Shown: positions 1 through 10,030, counted from the stretch's first letter. The stretch is 64,000 bases of DNA from Alphaproteobacteria bacterium (GCA_023898725.1 CP060236.1:342804-406803), one strand, 5' to 3'. Numbers and translations are program-made. The notes: generated from the letters alone by a model not told the origin.

Positions 1-395
1 TGGGACAATAAGCCCCGACAGGAAAAATCTTCTTTTTTTACACCCGCAACATCCTTTACATGAAGGCAACCGAGGATGTTATCCATACTTTCGCTGTAAA
101 CCGGAAAGCGGGCAAATTTGGCTTTTGATACAAGCTCTGCGAGAGCATCATAGGAGATATTTACATCAATACCCTTAATGTCTACCCGAGGCGTCATGAT
201 GTCTTCTGCCGTTTGGTCCCGCAACCGCAGAATGTTTTTCATGAGGATAATTTCTTCAGGCTCTAACGAGGGATCTTTATCGGAATTAGGGCTAGCTATA
301 ATTTCCCCAATAGTCTGGCGAGCAGAAGATTCTGCTCCTTTTTTGGCAATAATTCCGCGAATTTGCGTACTAATTTTTTTAATTTTATCTATCAT
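1..395 (-). CDS. corC: CorC/TlyC-family CBS-domain protein, N-terminal part; the gene runs off the window start
   Basis: Minus-strand ORF starts at the ATG at 395-393 and has no stop before position 1. Translation MIDKIKKISTQ...EEIILMKNILRLRDQTAEDIMTPRVDIKGID...FARFPVYSES is typical of CBS-pair CorC/TlyC proteins. It follows the conserved miaB-phoH-ybeY-corC order. Confidence 0.7.
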   Translation of the reverse strand, partial: MIDKIKKISTQIRGIIAKKGAESSARQTIGEIIASPNSDKDPSLEPEEIILMKNILRLRDQTAEDIMTPRVDIKGIDVNISYDALAELVSKAKFARFPVYSESMDNILGCLHVKDVAGVKKEDFSCRGLLS

Positions 396-427
396 GGGGT
401 GACGTATTCCAAAGTTATGGGCAATTT

Positions 428-943
428 TTAGATGTACGGATTAGAAACATTGAATTGCTGAAGCGCACGAATCTCAACCGCTTCCATAGCAGAAGCGTCA
501 TTATCTGTTTCATGATCAAATCCCAAAAGATGTAAAAAACCATGCACACACAGATGCATCACGTGATGAGCAAAAGGCTTCCTGTCCCGTATTGCCTCAC
601 TATCAATCGTTTCAAAGCTAAGAATTATATCCCCAAGATATACGACAGCAGCCCCCTCTGTAAAGAGGGCTTTTGGGACAGGAAACGAGAGAACATTTGT
701 TGGTGTATTTTTCTGACGATAATGATGGTTAAGTGCGCGCACATGCGCATCATTACTCCAAAGAATGCTCACCTCAGTCTCTTGAAACACCTGCGGTACA
801 TGCGTTAACGTTGCAGCAAACCATGCCTCCAGGTCAAAGGAGTCCAGATGATTGTCCCAGCGACGATCCTCAACGGCCTGTGTAACATTAACGCTCAGGG
901 GGTGTTTCTCCGTCTTTGTCTTCGTAAGGATTATGGGGCTCAT
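428..943 (-). CDS. ybeY: Endoribonuclease YbeY (rRNA maturation factor)
   Basis: Metal-binding motif HLCVHGFLHLLGFDHETD (HxxxHxxxxxH). It sits between phoH and corC. The ORF track extends to 997, but that overlaps phoH by 110 nt, so an internal Met (MSPIIL) was chosen. The start is uncertain. Confidence 0.8.
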   Translation of the reverse strand: MSPIILTKTKTEKHPLSVNVTQAVEDRRWDNHLDSFDLEAWFAATLTHVPQVFQETEVSILWSNDAHVRALNHHYRQKNTPTNVLSFPVPKALFTEGAAVVYLGDIILSFETIDSEAIRDRKPFAHHVMHLCVHGFLHLLGFDHETDNDASAMEAVEIRALQQFNVSNPYI

Positions 944-1907
944 GAGCGTCATATGCATTAACAATAGCAGCGACCAGAGGATGACGCACAACATCATCGG
1001 TGGTCATAGAGCAAAACTTAATAGAAGGAACATCCTTCAAGATGGTATGCGCCTCCCGCAACCCTGAAAGCTTCCCCCGAGGAAGGTCAACTTGACTCAA
1101 GTCTCCCGTTACCACCATGCGCGCACCCTCTCCCAAGCGAGTCAGAATCATTTTCATTTGGGAGGAAAGCGTATTTTGAGCTTCATCTAAAATAACGTAG
1201 GCATTTCCAAGGGTACGACCCCGCATATAAGCAAGAGGGGCAATTTCGATCTCTCCGTTTTTCAGCTTTGCTTCTACTTGATCGCGCGGGATCATATCAT
1301 GGAGAGCGTCATACAAGGGGCGTAAATAAGGATCTATTTTTTCGCGCAGATCACCGGGCAAGAACCCTAGCTGCTCTCCTGCTTCCACAGCTGGTCGTGA
1401 GAGAATAAGGCGCTCGATGCGCTTTTCCAGAAGGAGAGATACCCCCATCGCAACAGCTAAATAGGTCTTTCCCGTTCCCGCAGGTCCCATACCAAATACC
1501 AAATCATAATCACGTAAGGCTTGGAGGTATTCTGCTTGCCCAGGAGTCCTTGGGCGCACCAATCCCTTGCGCGTAGGAATGCCGTCTCCCATTCCCTTCG
1601 ATTGGTTATTCGGTAGCGGCTTATTTTCACCCACCCCCCCCGAAGTACGCAGAAAGCCCCGCACATCCGACAACCCTACATCGTGCCCGGCCTTGAGCGT
1701 GGCCACTGTTTGCTCAAGAACACTCTGTGCCTGAAGGATCTTTGTTTGATCGCCAGATAACAAAACTTTGTTGCCCTTTGATAAAACCTTAAGCTCCAGG
1801 ATCTTGGCAATTTCTTTCAAATTTTGATCATCGTCACCAAAAAGGCTCGCAAGATACTTCGTCTCAAAAACCAACTCAAGAACGTCGGATTGTTTTTTTT
1901 CGCTCAT
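888..1907 (-). CDS. ybeZ: PhoH-like ATPase (YbeZ)
   Basis: Walker A motif GPAGTGKTYLAVA, plus ILDEAQN and the GDLSQVDLP PhoH signature. Conserved position downstream of miaB. Confidence 0.9.
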   Translation of the reverse strand: MSEKKQSDVLELVFETKYLASLFGDDDQNLKEIAKILELKVLSKGNKVLLSGDQTKILQAQSVLEQTVATLKAGHDVGLSDVRGFLRTSGGVGENKPLPNNQSKGMGDGIPTRKGLVRPRTPGQAEYLQALRDYDLVFGMGPAGTGKTYLAVAMGVSLLLEKRIERLILSRPAVEAGEQLGFLPGDLREKIDPYLRPLYDALHDMIPRDQVEAKLKNGEIEIAPLAYMRGRTLGNAYVILDEAQNTLSSQMKMILTRLGEGARMVVTGDLSQVDLPRGKLSGLREAHTILKDVPSIKFCSMTTDDVVRHPLVAAIVNAYDAHEPHNPYEDKDGETPPER

Positions 1908-1934
1908 AACTGTCTACTTTACTCCCTAAATATG

Positions 1935-3314
1935 CTACGCCACTCGCATAATATCGCCATCAACACCCACAATATCACCAAGTAAGCTTTTCAGCGTACA
2001 CTCTTTAATTTTTACAGGAATTACCTGACCAATCAAGCGGGGATTTGCCTCTACAAGAACATTCTGCCAATAAGCGGATCGTCCGATTACCTGTCCCCCA
2101 TGACGCGCTGTTTTTTCTAAAAGCACAGGAATTTCTTTACCAACAAACGATTGATTAAAGGCGAGTTGCTGTGCATGCAAAACGGTTTGCAAAATCTCAA
2201 GTCGATGGTGCTTCTCAGATGCAGGCAGTTGATCCTCATAGGCAGCTGCAGGTGTTCCAGGACGAGGACTGTACACAAAAGAAAAGGCCTGTGCAAAATT
2301 TACAGCCTTCACGAGCGCCAGTGTATCCGCAAAGTCTTCATCCGTTTCTCCGGGATATCCAACGATAAAATCCGAGGAAAAAGCCAAATTAGGCTGTGCA
2401 TCCCGAAGCTTTGCTATAATTTCACGATAGAATGCCGCAGTATGGCGACGATTCATCGCCTTTAGCATGCGATCGGATCCGGATTGGACCGGCAGATGTA
2501 AAAACGGCATAAGGGTATCAATATCACGATGCGCTTCTATCAACCGATCATCAACATCACGCGGGTGTGATGTCATGTAACGAATACGGGAAAGACCCTT
2601 GAGATCAGCTAAGGCAAAGAGTAAATCTCCCAATCCCCACTCACCGCTTTTCACTCCCATCCCGTGGTAAGCATTAACATTTTGACCCAACAATGTAATT
2701 TCCCGCGCACCACGGTCCACTAACGCCCGCGCTTCGGTCAGAATATCCTCCGCAGGACGCGAATACTCTGCTCCACGCGTGTAGGGTACACAACAAAAAT
2801 GACAGAACTTGTCACAGCCCTCCTGAATGGTGAGAAACTGTGAGGGATTATCAACTGCAGCGGTTGATTCTGGAAGGGCGTCAAACTTAGATTCTTCAGG
2901 AAAATCAATCGCTAAGATACCACGACCTGGGCCATCACCTGACCCCGCACGATTACGAGCAACCTGCGCAAGAAGCTTCGGAAGATCATGGTAGTTTTGA
3001 GGACCAACAACCATATCCACAAAAGGTTCGCGCGCCATAATGGCTTCACCCTCCGCTTGCGCAACGCACCCAGCAACAATCATAACTGGTTTGGTTGTTT
3101 TGTGTGCGCTGATATCACGATAGCGACCCAAGTCCGAGAAGACTTTTTCTGTTGCTTTCTCACGGATATGGCACGTATTCATAAGAATTGCATCCGCAGA
3201 AATCACATCTTCCACGATTTCGTACCCCAGGGGCAGCAGAATATCTGCCATTTTTTGCGAATCATAGATATTCATCTGACATCCGAATGTCTTAATATAG
3301 AGGCCTTTCGGCAT
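1935..3314 (-). CDS. miaB: tRNA-2-methylthio-N6-dimethylallyladenosine synthase MiaB (radical SAM)
   Basis: N-terminal TFGCQMNIYDS, radical-SAM cluster motif CDKFCHFCCVPYTRG, and a C-terminal TRAM-like region. 459 aa. Confidence 0.92.
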   Translation of the reverse strand: MPKGLYIKTFGCQMNIYDSQKMADILLPLGYEIVEDVISADAILMNTCHIREKATEKVFSDLGRYRDISAHKTTKPVMIVAGCVAQAEGEAIMAREPFVDMVVGPQNYHDLPKLLAQVARNRAGSGDGPGRGILAIDFPEESKFDALPESTAAVDNPSQFLTIQEGCDKFCHFCCVPYTRGAEYSRPAEDILTEARALVDRGAREITLLGQNVNAYHGMGVKSGEWGLGDLLFALADLKGLSRIRYMTSHPRDVDDRLIEAHRDIDTLMPFLHLPVQSGSDRMLKAMNRRHTAAFYREIIAKLRDAQPNLAFSSDFIVGYPGETDEDFADTLALVKAVNFAQAFSFVYSPRPGTPAAAYEDQLPASEKHHRLEILQTVLHAQQLAFNQSFVGKEIPVLLEKTARHGGQVIGRSAYWQNVLVEANPRLIGQVIPVKIKECTLKSLLGDIVGVDGDIMRVA

Positions 3315-3415
3315 TTTTCACACTCATTACTTATAAACTGTGTATTTCTAACACACTCCACTCTTGCGTCAAACAAACAGAAAGGGAATTACAGCAGGAG
3401 AAAGAGAGTAAACAT

Positions 3416-3447
3416 AAAAAAGCCACTGCTTGATCAAAAGCAGTGGT
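3416..3447 (-). terminator. Rho-independent terminator downstream of the mucR-like gene
   Basis: Plus strand reads aaaaaaGCCACTGCTTgatcaaAAGCAGTGGt. On the minus strand this is a 9-bp perfect stem (plus a G-U pair), a 6-nt loop and then a T6 run. It lies 28 nt after the stop at 3475. Confidence 0.6.
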
Positions 3448-3474
3448 CCCTTAATCACAACAATGACACAGCAA

Positions 3475-3909
3475 CTATGCTGCTTTCTTATTGTGCTTTC
3501 CAAGTCCAATTTGCATGGCCAAAGAACTACGCCGGCGCGCATAATTTGGCGCAACCATAGGATAATCACTCGGCAGGCCCCACCGATCACGATACTGTTC
3601 AGGTGTCATGTTGTATGCTGAACGCAAATGACGTTTGAGCATCTTCAACTTTCGGCCATCCTCAAGACAGACAATATAATCTTCAGAGATTGACTCTTCG
3701 ACAGGAACAGCAGGCTGAAGATCTGTGCGTGCTTTGGGCGCACCGTTGTTAATACCTAGCAGCGTCCGGTACACACTCTGAATAATATCAGGTAATGCAC
3801 TTGACTCCACTTCTGTGTTCGATGTGTGAGCCGCTACAATCTCAGCTGTTAAATTAAGTAACTCTGAAGTATTGCAACGCTCAAACTTTTCTTCATTAAT
3901 ATCTTGCAT
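3475..3909 (-). CDS. mucR: Ros/MucR-family zinc-finger transcriptional regulator
   Basis: C-terminal DYIVCLEDGRKLKMLKRHLRSAYNMTPEQYRDRWGLPSDYPMVAPNYARRRS is the characteristic Ros/MucR domain. The start was set at MQDINEE, which has an AAGGGTGG SD-like sequence upstream. The ORF track start at 3942 is also possible. Confidence 0.85.
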   Translation of the reverse strand: MQDINEEKFERCNTSELLNLTAEIVAAHTSNTEVESSALPDIIQSVYRTLLGINNGAPKARTDLQPAVPVEESISEDYIVCLEDGRKLKMLKRHLRSAYNMTPEQYRDRWGLPSDYPMVAPNYARRRSSLAMQIGLGKHNKKAA

Positions 3910-4184
3910 TTTGATTCCACCCTTTGAGTAATAAATCTTCATATCACAATAAAACCTGCTGTCAAATAAATATTATTTTTGAGGCCTCAAGCTTTCTATT
4001 GATGAATTAATAACAGAATAGTCATGAAGTTATCAAGACATATTTAATGGATTTTAATAAAAATTTTAGAACCTTAGCTGTTTGTTCTTATATTAGGCGC
4101 ACAATAACAAGGCCTCTTTATCGGCGCTAACCAGTTCGTAACTTTCTTCATCTATTCTGGAATATAAATTTATCGCATAATCGA

Positions 4185-4637
4185 TTGACACACTCATACC
4201 AGGAAACCAAACCCCTGACTGTGGCCCTTCCCTTAGGATTGTTTGGTTTTGAGACAATACGTGCGGGGGGAATTTCTGCGAATCGACATTTTTGCAAACA
4301 CAACATCCCTATTTTTACGCTTCACTCCGAAGATACCTTATTTACACTTGATATCCTTGAGACAAATTTTCACTACTATGGGGAAGATATCCGTCATTTC
4401 ATTAACCAGCTATATCCCAAGGCAGAAACAGACGTGACAATTTTTATTCCTCTTTGTATACAAAGGACAAGTTCTGGTGCAAGAATTATGGGGAACCTAC
4501 GCTGCCCGCTTATCCTAAACAATCAGACGCTCTGCACGCACCAACTAGTCCTCAGCGCCAGCAACCTAACAATGCATGGTCACCTATTTACAGTTCATGA
4601 GCCCACACTCATCCAGCCTGACATGTATGATGCCTAA
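4185..4637 (+). CDS. FliW-like protein (flagellar assembly factor / CsrA-antagonist family), orphan
   Basis: 150-aa ORF with a TTG start. The pattern LPLGLFGFE...PIFTLHSED..F.L....F..YGEDI...VTIFIPL......MGNLRCPLILNNQTLCTHQLVL parallels FliW (GxPGFe..., ..NLxAPIviN....gxQvvL). No database search was run. Confidence 0.45.
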   Translation: MTHSYQETKPLTVALPLGLFGFETIRAGGISANRHFCKHNIPIFTLHSEDTLFTLDILETNFHYYGEDIRHFINQLYPKAETDVTIFIPLCIQRTSSGARIMGNLRCPLILNNQTLCTHQLVLSASNLTMHGHLFTVHEPTLIQPDMYDA

Positions 4638-6423
4638 AAATATTTTTACCCTATTCATCCTTATAGCGAGCACCATTCCTTGTCATGGGGCACAAATCTC
4701 TACACTTTCTGATTTTTATAACTTCCTTTTACAGCGTAAAAGTGATCGGAAAAGCAACATTCAAAAAACCCTTGCACGCATTCATAAATCGAACCTCACA
4801 GACAGAGTGCTAGGAGAGGTGGTAAAATTCTATGAACAGCGCAACTTTGAACCCTTTTGGTTTGTTGAGGGACGACTATCACTGCGTGGAAGTTATGCGC
4901 TTGAGGCATTAAAAAACGCAGAGTCCGAGGGGCTAAACCCCCTTAATTACGCACAAGCCCTAGGGTTATTTCCCCAAAAAAAGAGGCAAAAAAAAGGAAA
5001 ACCACAAAAGAGCCTCCCTCCCGTAAAAGGAGAAAAAGATGAGGCACTTAGAGAGATTTATTTTTGTACCTGTGTTTTTCGCTACATGATCGATGTTACA
5101 GGAGGACGCATTCCTCACACACTTATGATGCCGATTACAACAGAAAAAACAATCCACAAAAGCCCAGCGGATGTTACCCTAACCATGAACGAGCGGGATG
5201 AAACCGGCGAATGGATAAAACGCTTTGGTCCCCGAAATTCTCATTACGCACTGTTAAAGAGACTACTTCAGAAATTACAGGAACAAAAAGAAAACGGTGA
5301 GGCTTGGCCCCCTTTTCAATCAAGCCAGGTATTGAAACTTGGGGATTCAGGAAATGCTGTCAAAGATCTATGCAGTGTTCTGATAAAACAAGGATATCTC
5401 GAACCAGAAGCATCCACACAAACATATGATTTTGCTGTTGAAAGTGCTTTACGCACGTTTCAGATCAGAAACCACCTGCCTGTTACAGGAGTGGTAAGCG
5501 CCGAAACCCAAAAAGCTCTCAACGTTTCGCTTGATCAACGCATTCGCCAAGTTGTCTTAAACATGGAGCGCGCCCGTTGGATCCCTGACACACTACCCGA
5601 GACACGGGTATGGGTTAACATCCCATCCTATGAGCTTGAGTTTTATCGCGACAATATCCTCATGGGGAAGTTTAAAACTTGTGTGGGTGAAGCAACATCA
5701 CCTACTCCACAAATGCACACGACGATGTATGCTGTACGGTTCAACCCTTCGTGGACAATTCCGCGCAGGATTGTTCGTAAAAAATTTATTCCCCTTATTC
5801 AGAAAGATCCAGACTATCTAAAAAACAACGGGTATCTTCTTCTAGATATCAAAACACGAGTTATAGTCGATCGTGATAGCCTTGATATGGCTGATATTAA
5901 CCTTGCAACGTTTCCCTTCATCATACGCCAACCCCCCGGGCGCAAAAATGCCTTGGGTCAGATTCGCTTTTCACTGCACAACAAAAGGCACATTCACATC
6001 CATGATACACAGCACAAGAGTCTTTTCGCAAAAAACACCCGAACCTTCTCAGCAGGGTGTATCCGGGTACAAAACCCCGAAAAACTTGCCTACTTAGTTT
6101 TGAATACTCCTGATCGGTGGTCCCCCTCTGTAATCGCAAAGCTTATTGACACGGACCTTTTACAAGATGTCACGCTTCCCCAACCCGTGCCCGTTTATGT
6201 TGTGTATCATACGATTTGGTTTGATGACAAAGGGATGGAAAAGTTTACCTCAGATGTTTACAAAAATGACGAGAAACTTGATTTCGCCCTTCATACTTAT
6301 GAGTCACACTCTCATAATATAGATATTCGAACGTTGGGCACACACAAAAACTCTCAAGAAGTTGCAGAAAAAATCTTGGAACAAGGCATCCCCTCAAACA
6401 TTACGGAAACGGCTGCAAAATAA
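4627..6423 (+). CDS. L,D-transpeptidase with peptidoglycan-binding domain (YcbB/LdtD-like)
   Basis: Signal-like N-terminus MMPKNIFTLFILIASTIPCHGA. PG_binding_1-like segment ALRTFQIRNHLPVTGVVSAETQKAL. YkuD catalytic motif IHIHDTQHKSLFAKNTRTFSAGCIRV. The start was chosen at the internal MM; the ORF track start is 4576. Confidence 0.85.
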   Translation: MMPKNIFTLFILIASTIPCHGAQISTLSDFYNFLLQRKSDRKSNIQKTLARIHKSNLTDRVLGEVVKFYEQRNFEPFWFVEGRLSLRGSYALEALKNAESEGLNPLNYAQALGLFPQKKRQKKGKPQKSLPPVKGEKDEALREIYFCTCVFRYMIDVTGGRIPHTLMMPITTEKTIHKSPADVTLTMNERDETGEWIKRFGPRNSHYALLKRLLQKLQEQKENGEAWPPFQSSQVLKLGDSGNAVKDLCSVLIKQGYLEPEASTQTYDFAVESALRTFQIRNHLPVTGVVSAETQKALNVSLDQRIRQVVLNMERARWIPDTLPETRVWVNIPSYELEFYRDNILMGKFKTCVGEATSPTPQMHTTMYAVRFNPSWTIPRRIVRKKFIPLIQKDPDYLKNNGYLLLDIKTRVIVDRDSLDMADINLATFPFIIRQPPGRKNALGQIRFSLHNKRHIHIHDTQHKSLFAKNTRTFSAGCIRVQNPEKLAYLVLNTPDRWSPSVIAKLIDTDLLQDVTLPQPVPVYVVYHTIWFDDKGMEKFTSDVYKNDEKLDFALHTYESHSHNIDIRTLGTHKNSQEVAEKILEQGIPSNITETAAK

Positions 6424-6904
6424 CATCATCTCCTGGAGACAACTCGCGACATAAGCGCAACATATTTTCCCGAGACATCGCAATACACCCCTGTGTTGGA
6501 CTGCCAGCGCTCCGCCATATGTGAAAAAAAATCGCACTTCCCTTGCCTACAACAGAAGGACCCGTATTATGAGAAATTACAAGCAAAATATCATAAAGAT
6601 TATCCTCCCTCCACAGTTTCTCATGACGGCACGATGTGGGTAGCTGTACGAGACGATTGTATGCCAAAGATAAGGGGTCATCACACCAACCCATATCCGG
6701 GGTAATAGAAATATGAGGTAATTGCGTAAGAGGTTCCGCAACTCTATCAGCACGATAATAGAGCTTTTGAAAGGAAAAAATCCCCTGAGGGGTGCAAAAG
6801 TCTCCCTCATTCTTATCAACCGTATACCCATTTGATCCACACATGACGGGGAATGAGAATGATCCTGTGTACAGGCGATTCCCCAGCACATAAACACGTG
6901 ACAC
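6401..6904 (-). CDS. Small L,D-transpeptidase-fold (YkuD-like) protein
   Basis: GSAIFFHIWRSAGSPTQGCIAMS contains the His...GC(I/V) catalytic signature. GTG start overlaps the mrcA stop (TAGTG). The 3' end overlaps the convergent ldt gene by 23 nt. Confidence 0.65.
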   Translation of the reverse strand: MSRVYVLGNRLYTGSFSFPVMCGSNGYTVDKNEGDFCTPQGIFSFQKLYYRADRVAEPLTQLPHISITPDMGWCDDPLSLAYNRLVQLPTSCRHEKLWREDNLYDILLVISHNTGPSVVGKGSAIFFHIWRSAGSPTQGCIAMSRENMLRLCRELSPGDDVILQPFP

Positions 6905-9366
6905 TAGTACAGCCCTCCGGTCCCAAAACTGGTATGGTCAGGGCTTTCTGATTCGATGGCCTCTTCGGGGATAACCTCCTCATCATCACACAAGGGGGTT
7001 TTAGGATCAAAAACTTCAGAAATGACATCAGGTCCCTTTTGCTGTGTACGCTTGCCGGTTCGGTAATCTACACGAACAAATTGCGCTCCCTTAGGGATAC
7101 GAAAAGGAACAGCATGCAGTTCATTTTTGGTACGCATCATAAACTCCTTAACGATAGGAGCAGCGACACGTGCGCCACTTTGATGATTCCCAAGACTGGT
7201 GGGGCCATCATAGCCAACATACACACCCACAACCACATCTGGTGTAAACCCAACAAACCATGCGTCATGAAAATCGTTACTTGTTCCTGTTTTTCCTCCC
7301 ATAGTCAGTCCCGGGACTTTTGCGTTGCGACTTGTTCCGCGCATCACCGATCCCTCGAGAATGGATAAAATTTGGTACGCATTAATTGGGTTAGTAATAA
7401 GTGTTCTCTTATCTCCCAATATTGGTGGTTCTTGATGGGCCCAATCAATCGCTGTAATATCAGAGTCCACCGTGTGCTGCATATCATTCAACACATTAAA
7501 CCCTCTGCGATCTTGGGCGCGAATGATCAGTGTTGGTTGAATACGATACCCCCCATTTACGAGCATTGCATAGGCTGTTGTAAGTTTCAAAAGGGTTACA
7601 ACTTCGGCGCCAAGGGTGGTGGAGTAGTGCAGGGGCATACGCTCATAAATACCAAACCGCTCCGTTATCTCCGCAAACCCACCAAGCGTTACACTTTCAT
7701 ATACCAAGCGCACAGGCGGAATATTCAAGGATTTTTCAAGAGCCCACCGCAACGTTACAGGGCCATAAAATTTCCCCGTGTAATTGTGAGGTGTGTACAC
7801 ACCTTGGTCAGGACCCAAATCAATCGCAAGAGGAGAGTCATCAACAATCGTCGTCGGAAGTAAACCATTTTCAAGCGCTTTTAAATAAATAAACGGCTTC
7901 AACGCAGAACCAGGCTGGCGCTTGGCTTGTGTGACACGATTGAACTGGCTATTTTCAAAGCTAAACCCCCCACTGATGGCAAAGACACGCCCTGTATGAG
8001 GATCCAAAACTACAAGCCCCCCCGAAACTTTAGGCACCTGGCAAAGCTCAAACGTTCCCTTATGATTTTTACGTTTCCCCTCATGAGGTTTGACATACAC
8101 AACATCTGACTTTTTCAAAACCTGGGAAATATGTGTCACAGGGGGGCCTTGCGAATTCACCGTAATATATTTTCGCGCCCATTTCACATGCGCAAGAGGG
8201 ATCTTGCCCACCGATCCATCATCAAAGCCAACAATAGCCTTATCTTGTGAAACCTCCAACACAAGACCCACCTTCCACGACGCTGGTACACCTTTGCGTC
8301 GGGGAAATCCTTTTGTAGAGAAAACACCTAGCCACCCTGCATCTTTTATAGCCGCGTGGTGCTGAGAAACATTTGCCAGAGGGCCGCGCCAACCCTTCTG
8401 GCGATCGTAGGCGATCAACCCTTCTTGCAAAACACTATCAGCTGTCTTTTGCCATTCAGGATTAAGCGTTGTACGAATAGCAAGCCCCCCTTTATACAAA
8501 GCTGTTTCACCAAAAAGGGTTATCATTTCTCGGCGCACCTCATCCGCAAAGTATCCTGCAGAAACAAGGTTTGATGTGTTACGATCTCGGAGCTTTAGGG
8601 GCTCATGTGTCGCCTGAAGAGCCTCCTCATGAGTAATATACTTGGCTTTGAGCATCTGGCTAATCACCCAATTCCGTCGATCAAGCGCCCTCTTTTTACG
8701 TCGACGAGGGTTATAATAACTAGGCCCCTTGGGCAAAGCTGCCAGCAAGGCCATTTCAGCAACTGTAAGATCTTCAAGGCTCTTGTTAAAGTAGTTTAAA
8801 GCAGCAGAGGCTACCCCAAAGGAGTTATTACCCAGAGATATTTCGTTAAGGTAGAGCTCAAAAATGTGATCTTTTGTATAAGCAGATTCGATGCGGAACG
8901 TTAAAATAGCTTCCTTAATTTTGCGACTTAGGGAAATCTCTCGTGAAATTGAGTTAAGCAAGAAATTGCGCGCGACTTGTTGTGTAATTGTTGAAGCGCC
9001 AATTGGGCGTTTACCACTGTTGCGCGACAAAAAGTTTTTAAATCCCGCCCGGATAATACTGACAAAGTTTAATCCTCCATGCGTGTAAAAACTTTTGTCT
9101 TCCGCCGCCATAAAAGCCTGCCGTACCCGCAGAGGAATTCCCTTCAGGGGAACAAACAGTCTTTTTTCATGGGCATACTCAGCAAACATACGACCATCAT
9201 TGGCATAAAATCGTGTCGTTACAGGGGGTTCATAATCTTTAAGCTGTTTATAGTCCTGAAGTCCTGATCCAAAAAAATAAAACACGCCACCAAGTATGAT
9301 AAATCCCAGAACCCCAAGAAAGATCAGTGCTGTAAAAACAAATCCCAAAGATCGTGAAAGGCGCAT
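6904..9366 (-). CDS. mrcA: Penicillin-binding protein 1A (bifunctional glycosyltransferase/transpeptidase)
   Basis: N-terminal TM segment. GT51 motifs RQAFMAAEDKSFYTHGG and GASTITQQVARN. Transpeptidase motifs SALKPF (SxxK) and KTGTSND (KTG). 820 aa. Confidence 0.92.
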   Translation of the reverse strand: MRLSRSLGFVFTALIFLGVLGFIILGGVFYFFGSGLQDYKQLKDYEPPVTTRFYANDGRMFAEYAHEKRLFVPLKGIPLRVRQAFMAAEDKSFYTHGGLNFVSIIRAGFKNFLSRNSGKRPIGASTITQQVARNFLLNSISREISLSRKIKEAILTFRIESAYTKDHIFELYLNEISLGNNSFGVASAALNYFNKSLEDLTVAEMALLAALPKGPSYYNPRRRKKRALDRRNWVISQMLKAKYITHEEALQATHEPLKLRDRNTSNLVSAGYFADEVRREMITLFGETALYKGGLAIRTTLNPEWQKTADSVLQEGLIAYDRQKGWRGPLANVSQHHAAIKDAGWLGVFSTKGFPRRKGVPASWKVGLVLEVSQDKAIVGFDDGSVGKIPLAHVKWARKYITVNSQGPPVTHISQVLKKSDVVYVKPHEGKRKNHKGTFELCQVPKVSGGLVVLDPHTGRVFAISGGFSFENSQFNRVTQAKRQPGSALKPFIYLKALENGLLPTTIVDDSPLAIDLGPDQGVYTPHNYTGKFYGPVTLRWALEKSLNIPPVRLVYESVTLGGFAEITERFGIYERMPLHYSTTLGAEVVTLLKLTTAYAMLVNGGYRIQPTLIIRAQDRRGFNVLNDMQHTVDSDITAIDWAHQEPPILGDKRTLITNPINAYQILSILEGSVMRGTSRNAKVPGLTMGGKTGTSNDFHDAWFVGFTPDVVVGVYVGYDGPTSLGNHQSGARVAAPIVKEFMMRTKNELHAVPFRIPKGAQFVRVDYRTGKRTQQKGPDVISEVFDPKTPLCDDEEVIPEEAIESESPDHTSFGTGGLY

Positions 9367-9560
9367 GTACCGGAAAACATTCTGTCAAATTAGAGGAGAT
9401 TGTACCCAATATTCACTCCGGTGAACAGACGTATCTCGACGAACGTAGGGACGGGGTTGCCCAGGACACACCCACAGCCGATCATATTTATGAGAAACTG
9501 TGATTTTATGACTTGCCAAGAATTCGTATTTTAGCTAGTTTTGCCTCTGGTTGATTGTAT

Positions 9561-9637
9561 GCGCCCGTAGCTCAATTGGATAGAGCACCTGACTACGGAT
9601 CAGGAGGTTAGGAGTTCGAATCTTCTCGGGCGCACCA
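9561..9637 (+). tRNA. tRNA-Arg (anticodon ACG)
   Basis: Cloverleaf read by eye: acceptor GCGCCCG/CGGGCGC, D arm GCTC-AATTGGATA-GAGC, anticodon stem CCTGA/TCAGG with loop CTACGGA, T arm AGGAG-TTCGAAT-CTTCT, and an encoded CCA. Confidence 0.9.
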
Positions 9638-9895
9638 CATCTTTGTAAGGGCGGTATATGTAGGCCCATCCACATTTTTTCCCGTTTCCAATCGCTAAAA
9701 AATCAATACCTCCGCAAGCCCTTTCTTCAAAACACTCTACGTGCATACTGATGAACCGTTTAGAGTTCTTAATTTGACGGATTCTGGCGAACAATAGAGG
9801 TGGATAGAAATTCCGCTGTGTTTTTTGAATATAGTGTGGTCCCTGTGCGCCAACAGGGAAAAGATTATTTCTATAAAAGTATAGTGATAAAAAAA

Positions 9896-9970
9896 TGGCT
9901 CCCCGGGCCGGATTCGAACCAGCGACCAAACGATTAACAGTCGTTTGCTCTACCACTGAGCTACCGAGGA
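9896..9970 (-). tRNA. tRNA-Asn (anticodon GTT)
   Basis: The reverse complement TCCTCGGTAGCTCAGTGGTAGAGCAAACGACTGTTAATCGTTTGGTCGCTGGTTCGAATCCGGCCCGGGGAGCCA folds as a cloverleaf. Anticodon loop is CTGTTAA. Confidence 0.9.
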
Positions 9971-10030
9971 ACAACAATACGCAAAGAGGTATAACACGCA
10001 AAAATGTGAAATTCCACCTCTTTTTCGATA

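Noticed and set aside
9367-9560. GC-rich patch (…gggacggggttgcccaggacacacccacagccg…) upstream of tRNA-Arg, considered as a possible SRP/4.5S or other small RNA.
   Set aside because: No GGAAGCAGCC-type SRP domain IV motif or other recognisable ncRNA signature on either strand. It is most simply the mrcA promoter or tRNA leader region.
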